Shown here: positions 49,633-62,428 of the stretch, in pieces
How the letters are laid out: each line of letters begins with the position of its first letter
How positions within the stretch are numbered: the first letter of the stretch is position 1
Position numbers and translations under genes: made by a program
The notes under the pieces: model-generated
What the model was told of the DNA's origin: nothing
The model's input: the letters and a program-made list of their open reading frames with translations, nothing else
Database searches by the model: none
Source: an uncultured Gemmatimonadales bacterium
GTDB taxonomy: Bacteria; Gemmatimonadota; Gemmatimonadetes; Longimicrobiales; RSA9
Direction: 5' to 3'
DNA length: 64,000 bases
NCBI GenBank assembly: GCA_963798845.1
Contig: CAWCUS010000002.1
Coordinates: forward strand, 64,001 to 128,000

Positions 49633-49770
49633 AGTGGTCGCCAACCGGTCTCAATTCCCGGCGATCGACCACCCGATCACGGCCGGAGCGGCCGGGTGGT
49701 CGCCGACCGGTGATGGAAGCCGGTTTCCGCACGATCGACCGCGGGAGAGGCTTGAGTGGTCGACCTCCGG
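49633..49770. repeat. 138-bp palindromic repeat, copy A
   Basis: Begins AGTGGTCGCCAACCGGTC; GTGGTCG...CGACCAC hairpins; aligns end to end with 50993-51130. Confidence 0.85.
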
Positions 49771-50672
49771 ACCTCGGCCCGCGTGAGCACGGCCGTGAGC
49801 CGCCGTACCAGGGGGAGCGGCTCCTCGCGGATCTGGCGCCAGGTGACGCGGTGCACCTCGATGCCGCGCGCAGCGAGGTCGAGCCCGCGGCCGCGGTCGC
49901 GCTCGAAGGGATGGCGCAGGTGGTGGTACGCGTAGCCGTCCACCTCCACTGCCACACCGAGGTTCCGCCAGAAGAAGTCCGCCTCGTGGCCGAAGATCAC
50001 GACGTTGCACTCCGGCTCGGGAAGGCCGGCCTCCCGTAGCAGCGCGAGGAGGCCGTCCTCCGCCGGCGATCGAGTGAAAGCCGGGCCGGGCCCGGCGAGG
50101 ATGGCCCGCAGCAGCGGGGTGCCAGGCCGGCCCCTCTCCCGCTCGAGGCGGTCCCGTAGGGCCTCCGTGTCCAGCCGACCCAGGCGCTCCGCGCGTGCAA
50201 TGATCTGCTCGAGCTCGCGGGGCCTCGCGTCGGCGGCGGTGTCGAGAATCGAGCGGATCGGCGTCGTCGTACGGATCCGCTCGACGATTTCGACGTCCCC
50301 GCCGGGAATCGAGGCGACCCGGTGCGCCAGCACCCCGGGCTGCCGACACCGGCCCCGGGCCAGCAGCACGTGCACCGGCCCGGGCGGCTGGCAGGGCACA
50401 AGCTCCAGCAGCCAGAGAGCGCTGCGGCGGGCGACGACCGCCCCGCGTCCGCAGGCCAGCATCGCTGCCATTTCCCGGTGCCGGACCGGCAGCAGCGGTC
50501 CCCTGAGCGTTCCGAGCAGGTAGACGCCCCGGTGAAGGCTGAGAAGCCGCCCGGCGCGTACGCGTGACCGGATCGCGTCGGCGGTGAGGCCCGCCTGGAT
50601 CAGCTGCGCGCGCGTCACCACCCCGTGCTGACGGGCCCCCGTCTCGGCGATCATGGCCTCGATGGACTTCAC
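49677..50672 (-). CDS. AbiEi-like N-terminal domain plus DUF559/Vsr-like endonuclease
   Basis: RQHGVVTRAQL...LHRGVY, TTPIRSILD, TRSPAE, ADFFW...AVEVDGYAYH...FERDRGR...RVTW; GGAGGTGA RBS. Confidence 0.85.
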   Translation of the reverse strand: MKSIEAMIAETGARQHGVVTRAQLIQAGLTADAIRSRVRAGRLLSLHRGVYLLGTLRGPLLPVRHREMAAMLACGRGAVVARRSALWLLELVPCQPPGPVHVLLARGRCRQPGVLAHRVASIPGGDVEIVERIRTTTPIRSILDTAADARPRELEQIIARAERLGRLDTEALRDRLERERGRPGTPLLRAILAGPGPAFTRSPAEDGLLALLREAGLPEPECNVVIFGHEADFFWRNLGVAVEVDGYAYHHLRHPFERDRGRGLDLAARGIEVHRVTWRQIREEPLPLVRRLTAVLTRAEVRRSTTQASPAVDRAETGFHHRSATTRPLRP

Positions 50673-50992
50673 CGCTCACCTCCGTCCACGAACACGCTCC
50701 GCGTCGATCGTCCAGGCCGGGCGTCGGCGCGAAGCTCGAACCAGAGACCCTGCGCAGGCACGTCGCCCTCGCAAACAAGATCCCGGAAGTCGAACATGCT
50801 GGCTCTCCATCGGAACTGGAGCTGCACCATTCGGTCGTGTGCGGGGCGCGTCCATGGCGGCGTGGGCCGGGTTCCCGGACCGGGAGTCGGTCGTCGGATC
50901 TTCGAATGCCGTACACACCCGGCCGGCGGCAAGCCGGGGTTCGCGGCGCTCCGTCCGGCGAAGACCGACCCATTGGAAACGGAGTCCGACCG

Positions 50993-51130
50993 AGTGGTCG
51001 CCAACCGGTCCAGATGCCCTGCAATCGACCACTCGACAACGGCTGACGCGGCCGGGTGGTCGCGGAGCGGTCATGGAAGCCGACTTCCGACCGATCGGCC
51101 GTGAGAGGAGCGGGAGTGGTCGACTTCTGG
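50993..51130. repeat. 138-bp palindromic repeat, copy B
   Basis: Same orientation and length as 49633-49770; shared blocks AGTGGTCGCCAACCGGTC, GCGGCCGGGTGGTCGC, ATGGAAGCCG, GAGTGGTCGAC. Confidence 0.85.
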
Positions 51131-51260
51131 GCCGAGGCCTCCCGGGCCCCCCCGGCCTCGGCCTCGCGGGCCCCCCGGCCGAGGCCTCGCGGGCCCCCCG
51201 GCCGAGGCCTCCCGGGCCCCCGGGGCCTCGGCCTCCCGGGCCCCGCCGGAGGCCTCGCCG
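51131..51260. repeat. GC-only low-complexity palindromic repeats (GAGGCCTC/GGGCCC units)
   Basis: Repeated CCGAGGCCTCSCGGGCCCCCC-type units. Confidence 0.75.
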
Positions 51261-51331
51261 TCCCGGTCCCCCGGCGCGGGGAGAGCGTCGGCGGACTATC
51301 TTGCGTCATCGGGGCCGAGCACGGGAGCTGA

Positions 51332-54904
<3,573 letters not shown>

Positions 54905-54913
54905 CGGATCAGG

Positions 54914-55261
54914 TCAGCCGCGGCGTTCCGGGGGTGGGAGGTGAGGCAGGACCTCGGCGTCCCCTTCCACGATCCGCACGCCGGCGTCATCACCTTCCGT
55001 CTCCGTTCGGGGGAGGCAGGCGGCCTCCAGCGCCTCTACGGGGCCCGCGCGAAGCTTGCGGTTGTGCGCCTCGATCGCGTGCTGCGTGCGACCCGTGAGC
55101 CCATGGGGGGCCAGCCGTCCGCACGGTCCGTTTCCGTCGGCCCCGGGCACGCACAGTCGGAAGCACCATGCGCTCCGGTTCTTCGTGAGTGGGCAGCCGA
55201 GGTGCGTGTATTCCCGGATGCCCTTCCGCGTGCGGATGGTGCGCTTTGTCTTCTTCGGCAT
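54914..55261 (-). CDS. Small basic Cys-containing hypothetical protein
   Basis: MPKKTKRTIRTRKG...HLGCPLTKNRSAWCFRLC...PCGR; start uncertain. Confidence 0.55.
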   Translation of the reverse strand: MPKKTKRTIRTRKGIREYTHLGCPLTKNRSAWCFRLCVPGADGNGPCGRLAPHGLTGRTQHAIEAHNRKLRAGPVEALEAACLPRTETEGDDAGVRIVEGDAEVLPHLPPPERRG

Positions 55262-55498
55262 GGCCGTCGCAGCTGTCAGGGGATGGACGAGCGTTTCCGA
55301 ATCTACCGCGTTCCGGGCGAGGCCGCCGCCCCCGGGCCGGTCGAGGCGCTGACGCGCGAACATGTTGGGAGGTGCTGCGCCAGGCGGCCGGGCTCGGGGT
55401 GCACCAGCAGGGGCAGGGTCCCGGCTTCGCTTCCGACGCGGCGGTCCGGGCGACACGCTCTCCGGGACCCGCATCTTCAACACCGCCTGTCCTTCGTG

Positions 55499-56554
55499 TC
55501 AGGCCGGCTTGATGTCCAGCACCGGTGAGCCGTCGAGGGCGTCCAGCCCACGAACCTCGAGCTCGTTGCCGTCCATCGCCAGCAGCTCCACGACGGTGGC
55601 GCCGATCGGGTTCGGACGGCGCGGACTGCGCAGCGCGAACACGCCCCGCTCCGGCCTCGACGCATCGCCTCTCGGATGCTGGAGCAGCGATCCCCGCTCC
55701 GCGCGGTGGAAGACGAAGAGCACCAGGAGCCGGTCGCCCGTCTTCAGGCCGGTCAGCCCGGGCTTCAGCTCCGGCTCGATCACCAGGCGCGAAATGCCGC
55801 TCCGAAGCGTTTCCGGATCCGTCGGCGCCTCGAAGTCGCTCCTGACATGGCCGATCGGACGGAACGACTCGGTGACCGGCGCGGCCGTCGACACCGTCGT
55901 TGCGTGGTTCCGGACACCACGCCCTTCCGTCAGCCCCCGCAACCACACCTCCATCCCTGAATCGAGGATGCGGTCCAGGGAGCACGGCGCCAGATCCTCC
56001 GCGCCCGTGTGAACCTGCAGCGCCACCTGCAGCATCAGCCCGGACACGATCATCCGGGACGCGACCTCCGGGTCCACATCCGGCCGGAACTCCCCTCGCT
56101 CCACGCCCCCGCGGATCAGGTCCATGACCAGGAACCAGCCCCGGATCGGACCCTCCTCCACCCACATCCGGAACAGCGCCGGGAACCGTAGCCCGACCTC
56201 CCCGAACATGAGGCGGAACGTGTGGCCCCAGGCCGGCTCGAGCAGGTGCTGCCAGAGCCGGCGAAGCACGTGGCGGATCTTCACCGAAGCCGGCGCGTCG
56301 AGCTGCCTCAGCTCCCGCTCGACATCCAGGAAGATCGTGGCGTGGCGATATCGAACGGCCCGGCGGAGCAGGTCTTCCTTACCCTCGAAGTGGTAGTAGA
56401 TCGCTCCCTTCGTCAGACCTGCCTCATCGGCCACTTCCTCCAGCCGGGTGCCGTGGTACCCACGTGTGGCGAACACCCGGAACGCCGCGTTCAACAGCGC
56501 ATCCGGGGGAGAGAGGCGCGTCTTCTCCTGGTCGAGGGGCGATGCAGGGTCCAT
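55499..56554 (-). CDS. TetR-family regulator fused to a TrmO/TsaA (YaeB, UPF0066) SAM-binding domain
   Basis: N-terminal AFRVFATRGYHGT...GLTKGAIYYHFEGKEDL; C-terminal RPIGHVRS...GVFALRSPRRPNPIG...GLDALDGSPVLDIKP. Confidence 0.88.
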   Translation of the reverse strand: MDPASPLDQEKTRLSPPDALLNAAFRVFATRGYHGTRLEEVADEAGLTKGAIYYHFEGKEDLLRRAVRYRHATIFLDVERELRQLDAPASVKIRHVLRRLWQHLLEPAWGHTFRLMFGEVGLRFPALFRMWVEEGPIRGWFLVMDLIRGGVERGEFRPDVDPEVASRMIVSGLMLQVALQVHTGAEDLAPCSLDRILDSGMEVWLRGLTEGRGVRNHATTVSTAAPVTESFRPIGHVRSDFEAPTDPETLRSGISRLVIEPELKPGLTGLKTGDRLLVLFVFHRAERGSLLQHPRGDASRPERGVFALRSPRRPNPIGATVVELLAMDGNELEVRGLDALDGSPVLDIKPA

Positions 56555-56849
56555 ACTATCAAGTCAAGTTATCGGACGTTCCGGTTCACCAGACATCCAA
56601 CCTACGCGCCTGCGTGTGCGTGGACAACGACTCTGTTGCAATCCAACTCGCCGCCCGCGAGGTTCATGTTCGACACCATACTCATCGGTAGTGCGCGCTG
56701 GAGAAGTATGGTGTTCCCGTCAGCGTGGGGACGCATGACTACTGAGCCGGGCGGACGGGTTCGGATCCCCTTCGCGTGAGGCGGGTAGCTCCCCCAGCAT
56801 GGCCGGGGCATCCTGCCGAGTTGGAGCGACACGAAGGAGCCAGGCTCAG

Positions 56850-57296
56850 GTGGAGAGGGAGCACGAGGGGCCGCGGGTCAGGCCGGGCGACATCGCCCCG
56901 GCGCAGCTGGATCCATGGTACGGCGAGCTGTTCGACGCCGTCGCCCTGCCGGTCCTCGCCCTCGACAGCGAGACGTGGCGGATCGTCGCGGCCAACCAGG
57001 CCGCCCTCGACCAGTACGGCTACGCCCGCGGCGAGTTCGTTGGCATGTCCGTTCTCGAGGTGCGCCCACCCGAGGGGCGGGACCAAGCGCGCGAGGTGCT
57101 CGAGGCGATACCGCAAGGCCTGTGGCGCACCCGGGGCGTGGCCCACTGTCGGAAGGACGGTTCGGTCTTCTGGGCGGACGTCTGGTCCCGCGACGCCATC
57201 ATCGACGGGGGTCTGGTCCGCATCTGCACCATCAGCGACGTCACCGACCGCGTCGAGCTCGAGCGGAAGCTCCACGACCCCGACCGCCCCGGCTGA
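56850..57296 (+). CDS. Stand-alone PAS-domain protein
   Basis: IVAANQAALDQYGYARGEFVGM, HCRKDGS, DVTDR; GTG after AAGGAG. Confidence 0.8.
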   Translation: MEREHEGPRVRPGDIAPAQLDPWYGELFDAVALPVLALDSETWRIVAANQAALDQYGYARGEFVGMSVLEVRPPEGRDQAREVLEAIPQGLWRTRGVAHCRKDGSVFWADVWSRDAIIDGGLVRICTISDVTDRVELERKLHDPDRPG

Positions 57297-57336
57297 CCGG
57301 CAAGCCCCACGCCGGCGCCTCTGCTCGCGGTCGCAC

Positions 57337-57882
57337 TCAGTCGTCGTCGGCGAGCAGTCGGCTGCTGCCGCCGGGCCGGAAGACGCCGACGAGCTCTCGT
57401 ATGGCGTTGAGGAGCATGAGCACCACCGTCACCATCATCCCGCCGAGGATGGAGGAAACGCCGAGGAGCGTGTAGTACACCACGTTGTAGAAGTCCTGCA
57501 GCTGCTCGGACTCGTCCAGCGGGAAGGTCAGCACCATGAGCACGCCCACCGAGGTGATGAGGGTGATCACGGCCATGACGGAGGCCTGCTGGATCCGGCG
57601 GTAGTGGCGAGACTTCAGCTGGGCGTCCGTGTCCCTGCTCATGCCGAGGAGCGTGAGCATGAGGGCGAGGATGGTGGCGGACGCGGTCATGGTGGAGGAG
57701 GAGAGGAAACGGATGGTGGGCATGCTCGCCTCGAGGAGCCGTCGGGCCTCGTAGTCGCCGATCCGGCCCACGAGCGACATGACGCCCAGGGCGAAGAGGG
57801 CGGTGACGAGGCCTCCGGCAATGGCCCAGCGCGTGTCCACCAGGCGCGCTTCGCCGCCGTTGCCATCCTGTTCACCGCTCAC
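57337..57882 (-). CDS. Hypothetical membrane protein (4 TM)
   Basis: Four hydrophobic helices; ASATILALMLTLL. Confidence 0.75.
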   Translation of the reverse strand: MSGEQDGNGGEARLVDTRWAIAGGLVTALFALGVMSLVGRIGDYEARRLLEASMPTIRFLSSSTMTASATILALMLTLLGMSRDTDAQLKSRHYRRIQQASVMAVITLITSVGVLMVLTFPLDESEQLQDFYNVVYYTLLGVSSILGGMMVTVVLMLLNAIRELVGVFRPGGSSRLLADDD

Positions 57883-58094
57883 GCCATGGTCCTTTTCGGA
57901 GTGCTGACGAACCCCGCCGCGCGAGGTGCAACTATCAGTCCGGGCGGGCAGCGCCTCGTCCGGATCGAGCCGGGGTCCCGGAGGCGGCGGACACCTGACG
58001 GGTGGCGCGGCACACCCGATGCATTCGTCTTCGCGGGCGTGTACGTTGCCCCGGCGCCGTTGGAGCGCATCGAAGTCGCCCGAGCCCCCGGAGG

Positions 58095-59405
58095 ATGCCC
58101 CACGTGAACGACCGTCTCGAGGAGATCCACACGCGCGAGCTGCGCGAGCGACTGGCACGTGCGTCCACGCAGATCGTCGACGTCCGGCCGATCGATTCGT
58201 ACAACGGGTGGCGTCTCGATGGGGAGGCGCGCGGCGGCCACATCCCGGGCGCCCGCGCGCTGCCCCACAAGTGGAGCCGGTACCTGGACTGGATCGAGAT
58301 CGTCCGGTCGAAGGGACTCGACCCGGAGCGTCCGCTGGTGGTGTACGGACGAGACCGGACGGAGAGCGGGGAGGTGGCCGACCTCTTCCGCCGGTCGGGA
58401 TACGGGGACGTGCGCCTCTACCACGGCTTCGCCGACGAGTGGGCCGCGGACCCGTCGCTGCCCCTTGACCGCCTCGCCCGCTACCGCCACCTGGTTCCCG
58501 CCACGTGGCTCCGGCAGGTGATGACGGGCGGGCCGGCCCCCGAGCACGATGGCGGCCGGGTCGTCCTCTGCCATGCCCACTACCGCGACACGGGGGACTA
58601 CGAGACCGGCCACATCCCCGGTGCCCTGAGCCTGGACACCAACACCCTGGAATCGCCCGACACGTGGAACCGTCGCTCCCCCGCTGAAGTGCGTGAAGCG
58701 CTCCTCGGCCTCGGCATCACGGCGAACACCACGGTGGTGCTCTACGGCCGCTTTTCCTTCCCCGACAATGACGAGGCGTTCCCCGGCAGCAGCGCGGGGC
58801 AGTTGGCGGCGTTCCGGTGCGCGTTCATCATGCTGTGGGCCGGCGTGAAGGACGTGCGGGTGCTGAACGGCGGGCTTCAGTCGTGGCTCGACGCCGGATT
58901 CGAGACGAGCACGGAGGCGGCGGAGCCGGAGGCGGCCGAGGCGTTCGGGGTCGCCATTCCGGCGTCGCCGGAGCTGGCGGTGGACCTGGCGGAGGCGAAG
59001 CAGATCCTCGCGTCGCCGGAGGCGAACCTGGTGAGCGTGCGGAGCTGGCGTGAGTACATCGGCGAGGTGAGCGGCTACAACTACATCGAGAAGAAGGGGC
59101 GGATTCCGGGCTCCGTGTTCGGCAACTGCGGCAGCGACGCGTACCACATGGAGAACTACCGAAACCTCGATCACACCACGCGCGAATACGGCGAGGTGGT
59201 GAATGAGTGGCGCAGCGCGGGGATCACGCCCGAGAAGCACAACGCGTTCTACTGCGGCACGGGCTGGCGGGGGAGTGAGGCCTTCTTCAACGCGTGGCTG
59301 CTGGGGTGGCCGCGCGTGTCCGTCTACGACGGCGGCTGGTTCGAGTGGAGCAGCGACCCGGCCAACCCCGTGGAAACGGGCGAGCCCGGAGAACGGGCGG
59401 CGTGA
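58095..59405 (+). CDS. Triple-domain rhodanese/thiosulfate sulfurtransferase (YnjE-like)
   Basis: Three rhodanese repeats (GHIPGA twice, GRIPGS), active-site loop CGTGWR, VYDGGWFEW. Confidence 0.92.
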   Translation: MPHVNDRLEEIHTRELRERLARASTQIVDVRPIDSYNGWRLDGEARGGHIPGARALPHKWSRYLDWIEIVRSKGLDPERPLVVYGRDRTESGEVADLFRRSGYGDVRLYHGFADEWAADPSLPLDRLARYRHLVPATWLRQVMTGGPAPEHDGGRVVLCHAHYRDTGDYETGHIPGALSLDTNTLESPDTWNRRSPAEVREALLGLGITANTTVVLYGRFSFPDNDEAFPGSSAGQLAAFRCAFIMLWAGVKDVRVLNGGLQSWLDAGFETSTEAAEPEAAEAFGVAIPASPELAVDLAEAKQILASPEANLVSVRSWREYIGEVSGYNYIEKKGRIPGSVFGNCGSDAYHMENYRNLDHTTREYGEVVNEWRSAGITPEKHNAFYCGTGWRGSEAFFNAWLLGWPRVSVYDGGWFEWSSDPANPVETGEPGERAA

Positions 59406-59863
59406 GCGAGCCGGGAACGGCCGCCACGTCGGGGTCCCGGCGGACGATGGCGGAGGTGGAAGCGGAGATCGTGGCCGAGATGGCCGGGCTGGACGATCCA
59501 CTCGCCCGCTACGAGTACCTGGTGCGGCGGGGGCGGGAGCTCGAGGCGCCGGAGCCGTCCATCCGGGTGGATGAGTTCGCCGTCCCCGGGTGCGAGTCGC
59601 GAGTCTGGATCCGCGCCCGGCCCGCGGACGGGCGGCTGCGCCTGAGCGCGGACGCGGAAGCCATGATCACGCGCGGGATCGTCGCCCTTCTCCTGCGCGT
59701 CCTGAACGACCGGAAACCCGCCGAGATCCTCGCCGCCGACCTGGGCTTTCTCGACCGCACCGGACTGCGCACGCATCTCTCGCCCGCGCGCGCCAACGGG
59801 TTGGCGGAGATGGTGCGGCGCATCCGTCAGCACGCCGAAGCGGCGACGAGCTCGCGGAGATAA
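59402..59863 (+). CDS. sufE: SufE-family sulfur acceptor
   Basis: RYEYLV..GREL, VPGCESRVW, ITRGIVALL, LSPARANGL; GTGA overlap with the rhodanese. Confidence 0.88.
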   Translation: MSEPGTAATSGSRRTMAEVEAEIVAEMAGLDDPLARYEYLVRRGRELEAPEPSIRVDEFAVPGCESRVWIRARPADGRLRLSADAEAMITRGIVALLLRVLNDRKPAEILAADLGFLDRTGLRTHLSPARANGLAEMVRRIRQHAEAATSSRR

Positions 59864-59950
59864 GCCCCGCCCGGGCCTCTTGCCCCCTCGCCGTGCGGCC
59901 CCCTACCATCCGGTTTCCACGCCCTCGTCCCCAACCCGGGTCGCCACACG

Positions 59951-60604
59951 ATGCCCCTCGACCGCGGACTCCTCGACCAGCAGCTCGACGACCTCGGCGA
60001 AGGGTCGCTCTGGTGGGACGTGCGCGAGATGCGCGACCTGCCCACCGTCCTGCACGCCGACGAGCGCATCCTCGCCCTCGGGCGCGGGAAGATCGCCCGC
60101 GGCCGCTGGCTCCGCCGAACCTGGCTCATCGCGGTCACCGACCAGCGCCTCCTCTGCATGCACTCCGAGCGGCGGCCAGGGTGGCGCCAGCTGGAGATGT
60201 CAGGGCGCCAGATCGAGCGCGCCAGGCTCCGCGTCGGTCCCTTCCGGGGCCGCGTCATCGTCGTCGCCGCCGGCCGCAAGTACCGGTTCCTCGTGCGACG
60301 GGCAGAAGGGTACAAGCTCCTGCGCGCCCTCTCCTACTTCGATCCGCCCGCCTACAGCCTCCTTCCCGGCTTCCGACCGGGGCGCATGGTACGGCAGGTG
60401 CTCGACCACATGATGGCACTCCCCGCCGTCGCCCTCGGTCCCGATGTCGCCACCACCAACGCGGCCGCCGCCGAGGCCGGGCGCCTCCAGGACCGGCTGG
60501 ACACCCTCGAACAGCAGAACCAGCACCTCCAGGAGCAGGTGGACTTCCTGGAGAACCTGCTGCGCGAGAAGAACGCGCTGCCCGCGGCCGGCAGGCCCGA
60601 GTAG
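59951..60604 (+). CDS. Hypothetical protein (bacterial PH-like domain plus coiled coil)
   Basis: LIAVTDQRLL motif; C-terminal heptad LQDRLDTLEQQNQHLQEQVDFLE. Confidence 0.65.
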   Translation: MPLDRGLLDQQLDDLGEGSLWWDVREMRDLPTVLHADERILALGRGKIARGRWLRRTWLIAVTDQRLLCMHSERRPGWRQLEMSGRQIERARLRVGPFRGRVIVVAAGRKYRFLVRRAEGYKLLRALSYFDPPAYSLLPGFRPGRMVRQVLDHMMALPAVALGPDVATTNAAAAEAGRLQDRLDTLEQQNQHLQEQVDFLENLLREKNALPAAGRPE

Positions 60605-60631
60605 CGCCCCCGAAGCCCGGCGGGGGGAGCC

Positions 60632-62428
60632 ATGAGGAAGTCCATGAAGGAAACGGCGCGGGTGGCGCTCGCTGTGGCGCTCTTCGTCGGCGGCTGCGCG
60701 AGGGCGGGGGCACCGCCTTCCGCCCCCGCCGAGGTCGCCCCGGGGGAACGGGCCGGGCCGCTGCCGGAGCCGGGCTTCGCCTATCGGCCGCTGGAGAGCC
60801 GGGCGGGGATCGACGTCGTTTCATACCGGCTGTCGCTCGATTTCGGGGGTATCGCGGACAGCGTTCTGTCGGCCACGGCGGAGCTGCGGGTGCACGCGGC
60901 CGTCCGGCTGGCCGAGCTGCCGCTGGACCTGGTCGGGCTGGAGGTTCGGGCGGTGCGGCTGGATGGCGATGCGGTGCCCTACGACTACGATGGGGTGCTG
61001 CTGAGGGTGAGGCCGGCCAGGCCGATCGCGGCGGGGGACACGGTGACGGTGGCGGTGGACTACGGCGGGCGTCCGAAGGAGGGGCTGTTCTTCGACACCG
61101 ATGCGAACGGCGGCGCCACGGCGTTCGCGGACAACTGGCCGAACCGGGCGCGCTGGTGGTTCCCGTCCAACGACCACCCCTCGGACAAGGCCACCGTCGC
61201 GTTCGACGTGCGGGTCCCGGCCGGGCTGGAGGTGGTGGCGAACGGGCGGCTGGTGTCCTCCCTTCCGGATCGGGAGCGCCCGGGTGGCACGGAATGGCGC
61301 TGGTCGAGCGCCGTGCCGATCCCCACGTACACCATGGTGGTCGGCGTCGCGGACTTCGCCCGCGCGGTGCTGGGGGAGGCCGCGTGCGGCGAGGCGCCGG
61401 TGTCGCCCGGGCGGTGCGCCGAGGTCTCCGTGTGGGCGCTGGCCGGAGACAGCGCCTACGCCGTGGAGCGCTTCGCGAGGGCGCCGGACATGATCGACTA
61501 TCTCGCCGCAGTGATCGGACCGTTTCCCTACGCCAAGCTGGCGCACGTGGAGTCGGCCACCCGTTTCGGCGGCATGGAGAACGCGAGCGCCATCTTCTAT
61601 CCGCGGGGGCAGTGGGAGCGAAAGCGGATGGGCGAGAGCGTGATCGCGCACGAGAGCGTGCACCAGTGGTTCGGCGATGACGTAACGGAATCGCGCTGGC
61701 GCGACCTCTGGCTGAGCGAGGGCTTCGCCAGCTACTTCGACCCGCTCTACTACGAGTCGCGGGACGGCGGCGCGACGTTCCGGGCGAGGATGGAGCGGGC
61801 CCGCCAGCAGTACGTGACGTCTGCGGAGGTGGACCACCCGATCGTGTTCGACACGACGGCGCTCTACTGGCTGCTGAACGCGAACAACTACCAGAAGGGG
61901 GCGTGGGTGCTGCACATGCTGCGGGGCGAGGTGGGCGACAGCGCTTTCTTCCGGGGCGTCCGCCGCTACCGGGACGCCAACGCGCACGGGAACGCGAGCA
62001 CGGCGGACTTCGAGCGGGCCATGGAGGCGGCGTCCGGGGAGGATCTGGGCTGGTTCTTCCGTCAGTGGCTGTTCGAGCCTGGCTACCCGCAGCTGACCGT
62101 CGAGTGGCAGGACGAGCCCGGGGAACGCGCCGGGACGGCGAACGGGGAAGGCGCCGGGACGGCGAGCGGGGCCGGCCGGACGGTGGTCGCGGTGGTGCGT
62201 CAGACACAGGACGGGGCGTGGCCCACCTTTCGGATTCCCACGGTGCTGCTCGTCACGCTCGAGGACGGCCGGAAAGTGAGCCGCGACGTGGTGCTGGAGG
62301 CGCGGGCGGAAACGCTGCGCGTGAGCGTCCCCGCCCTGCCGTCGGCGGTCACCCTCGACCCTGACGATCGGATCCTGAAGACGCTGCAGGTGCGGCGGGC
62401 CGGGTCGCGGTCGGCCGCGGGCGGTTGA
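60632..62428 (+). CDS. M1-family zinc aminopeptidase (lipoprotein)
   Basis: GGMEN, HESVHQWFG, WLSEGFA, YQKGAWVLHMLR; lipobox VGGC. Confidence 0.93.
   Translation: MRKSMKETARVALAVALFVGGCARAGAPPSAPAEVAPGERAGPLPEPGFAYRPLESRAGIDVVSYRLSLDFGGIADSVLSATAELRVHAAVRLAELPLDLVGLEVRAVRLDGDAVPYDYDGVLLRVRPARPIAAGDTVTVAVDYGGRPKEGLFFDTDANGGATAFADNWPNRARWWFPSNDHPSDKATVAFDVRVPAGLEVVANGRLVSSLPDRERPGGTEWRWSSAVPIPTYTMVVGVADFARAVLGEAACGEAPVSPGRCAEVSVWALAGDSAYAVERFARAPDMIDYLAAVIGPFPYAKLAHVESATRFGGMENASAIFYPRGQWERKRMGESVIAHESVHQWFGDDVTESRWRDLWLSEGFASYFDPLYYESRDGGATFRARMERARQQYVTSAEVDHPIVFDTTALYWLLNANNYQKGAWVLHMLRGEVGDSAFFRGVRRYRDANAHGNASTADFERAMEAASGEDLGWFFRQWLFEPGYPQLTVEWQDEPGERAGTANGEGAGTASGAGRTVVAVVRQTQDGAWPTFRIPTVLLVTLEDGRKVSRDVVLEARAETLRVSVPALPSAVTLDPDDRILKTLQVRRAGSRSAAGG

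Noticed and set aside
49677..50672. Complete type IV toxin-antitoxin (AbiE) system
   Set aside because: No adjacent AbiEii nucleotidyltransferase; only the AbiEi-like/DUF559 gene is present.
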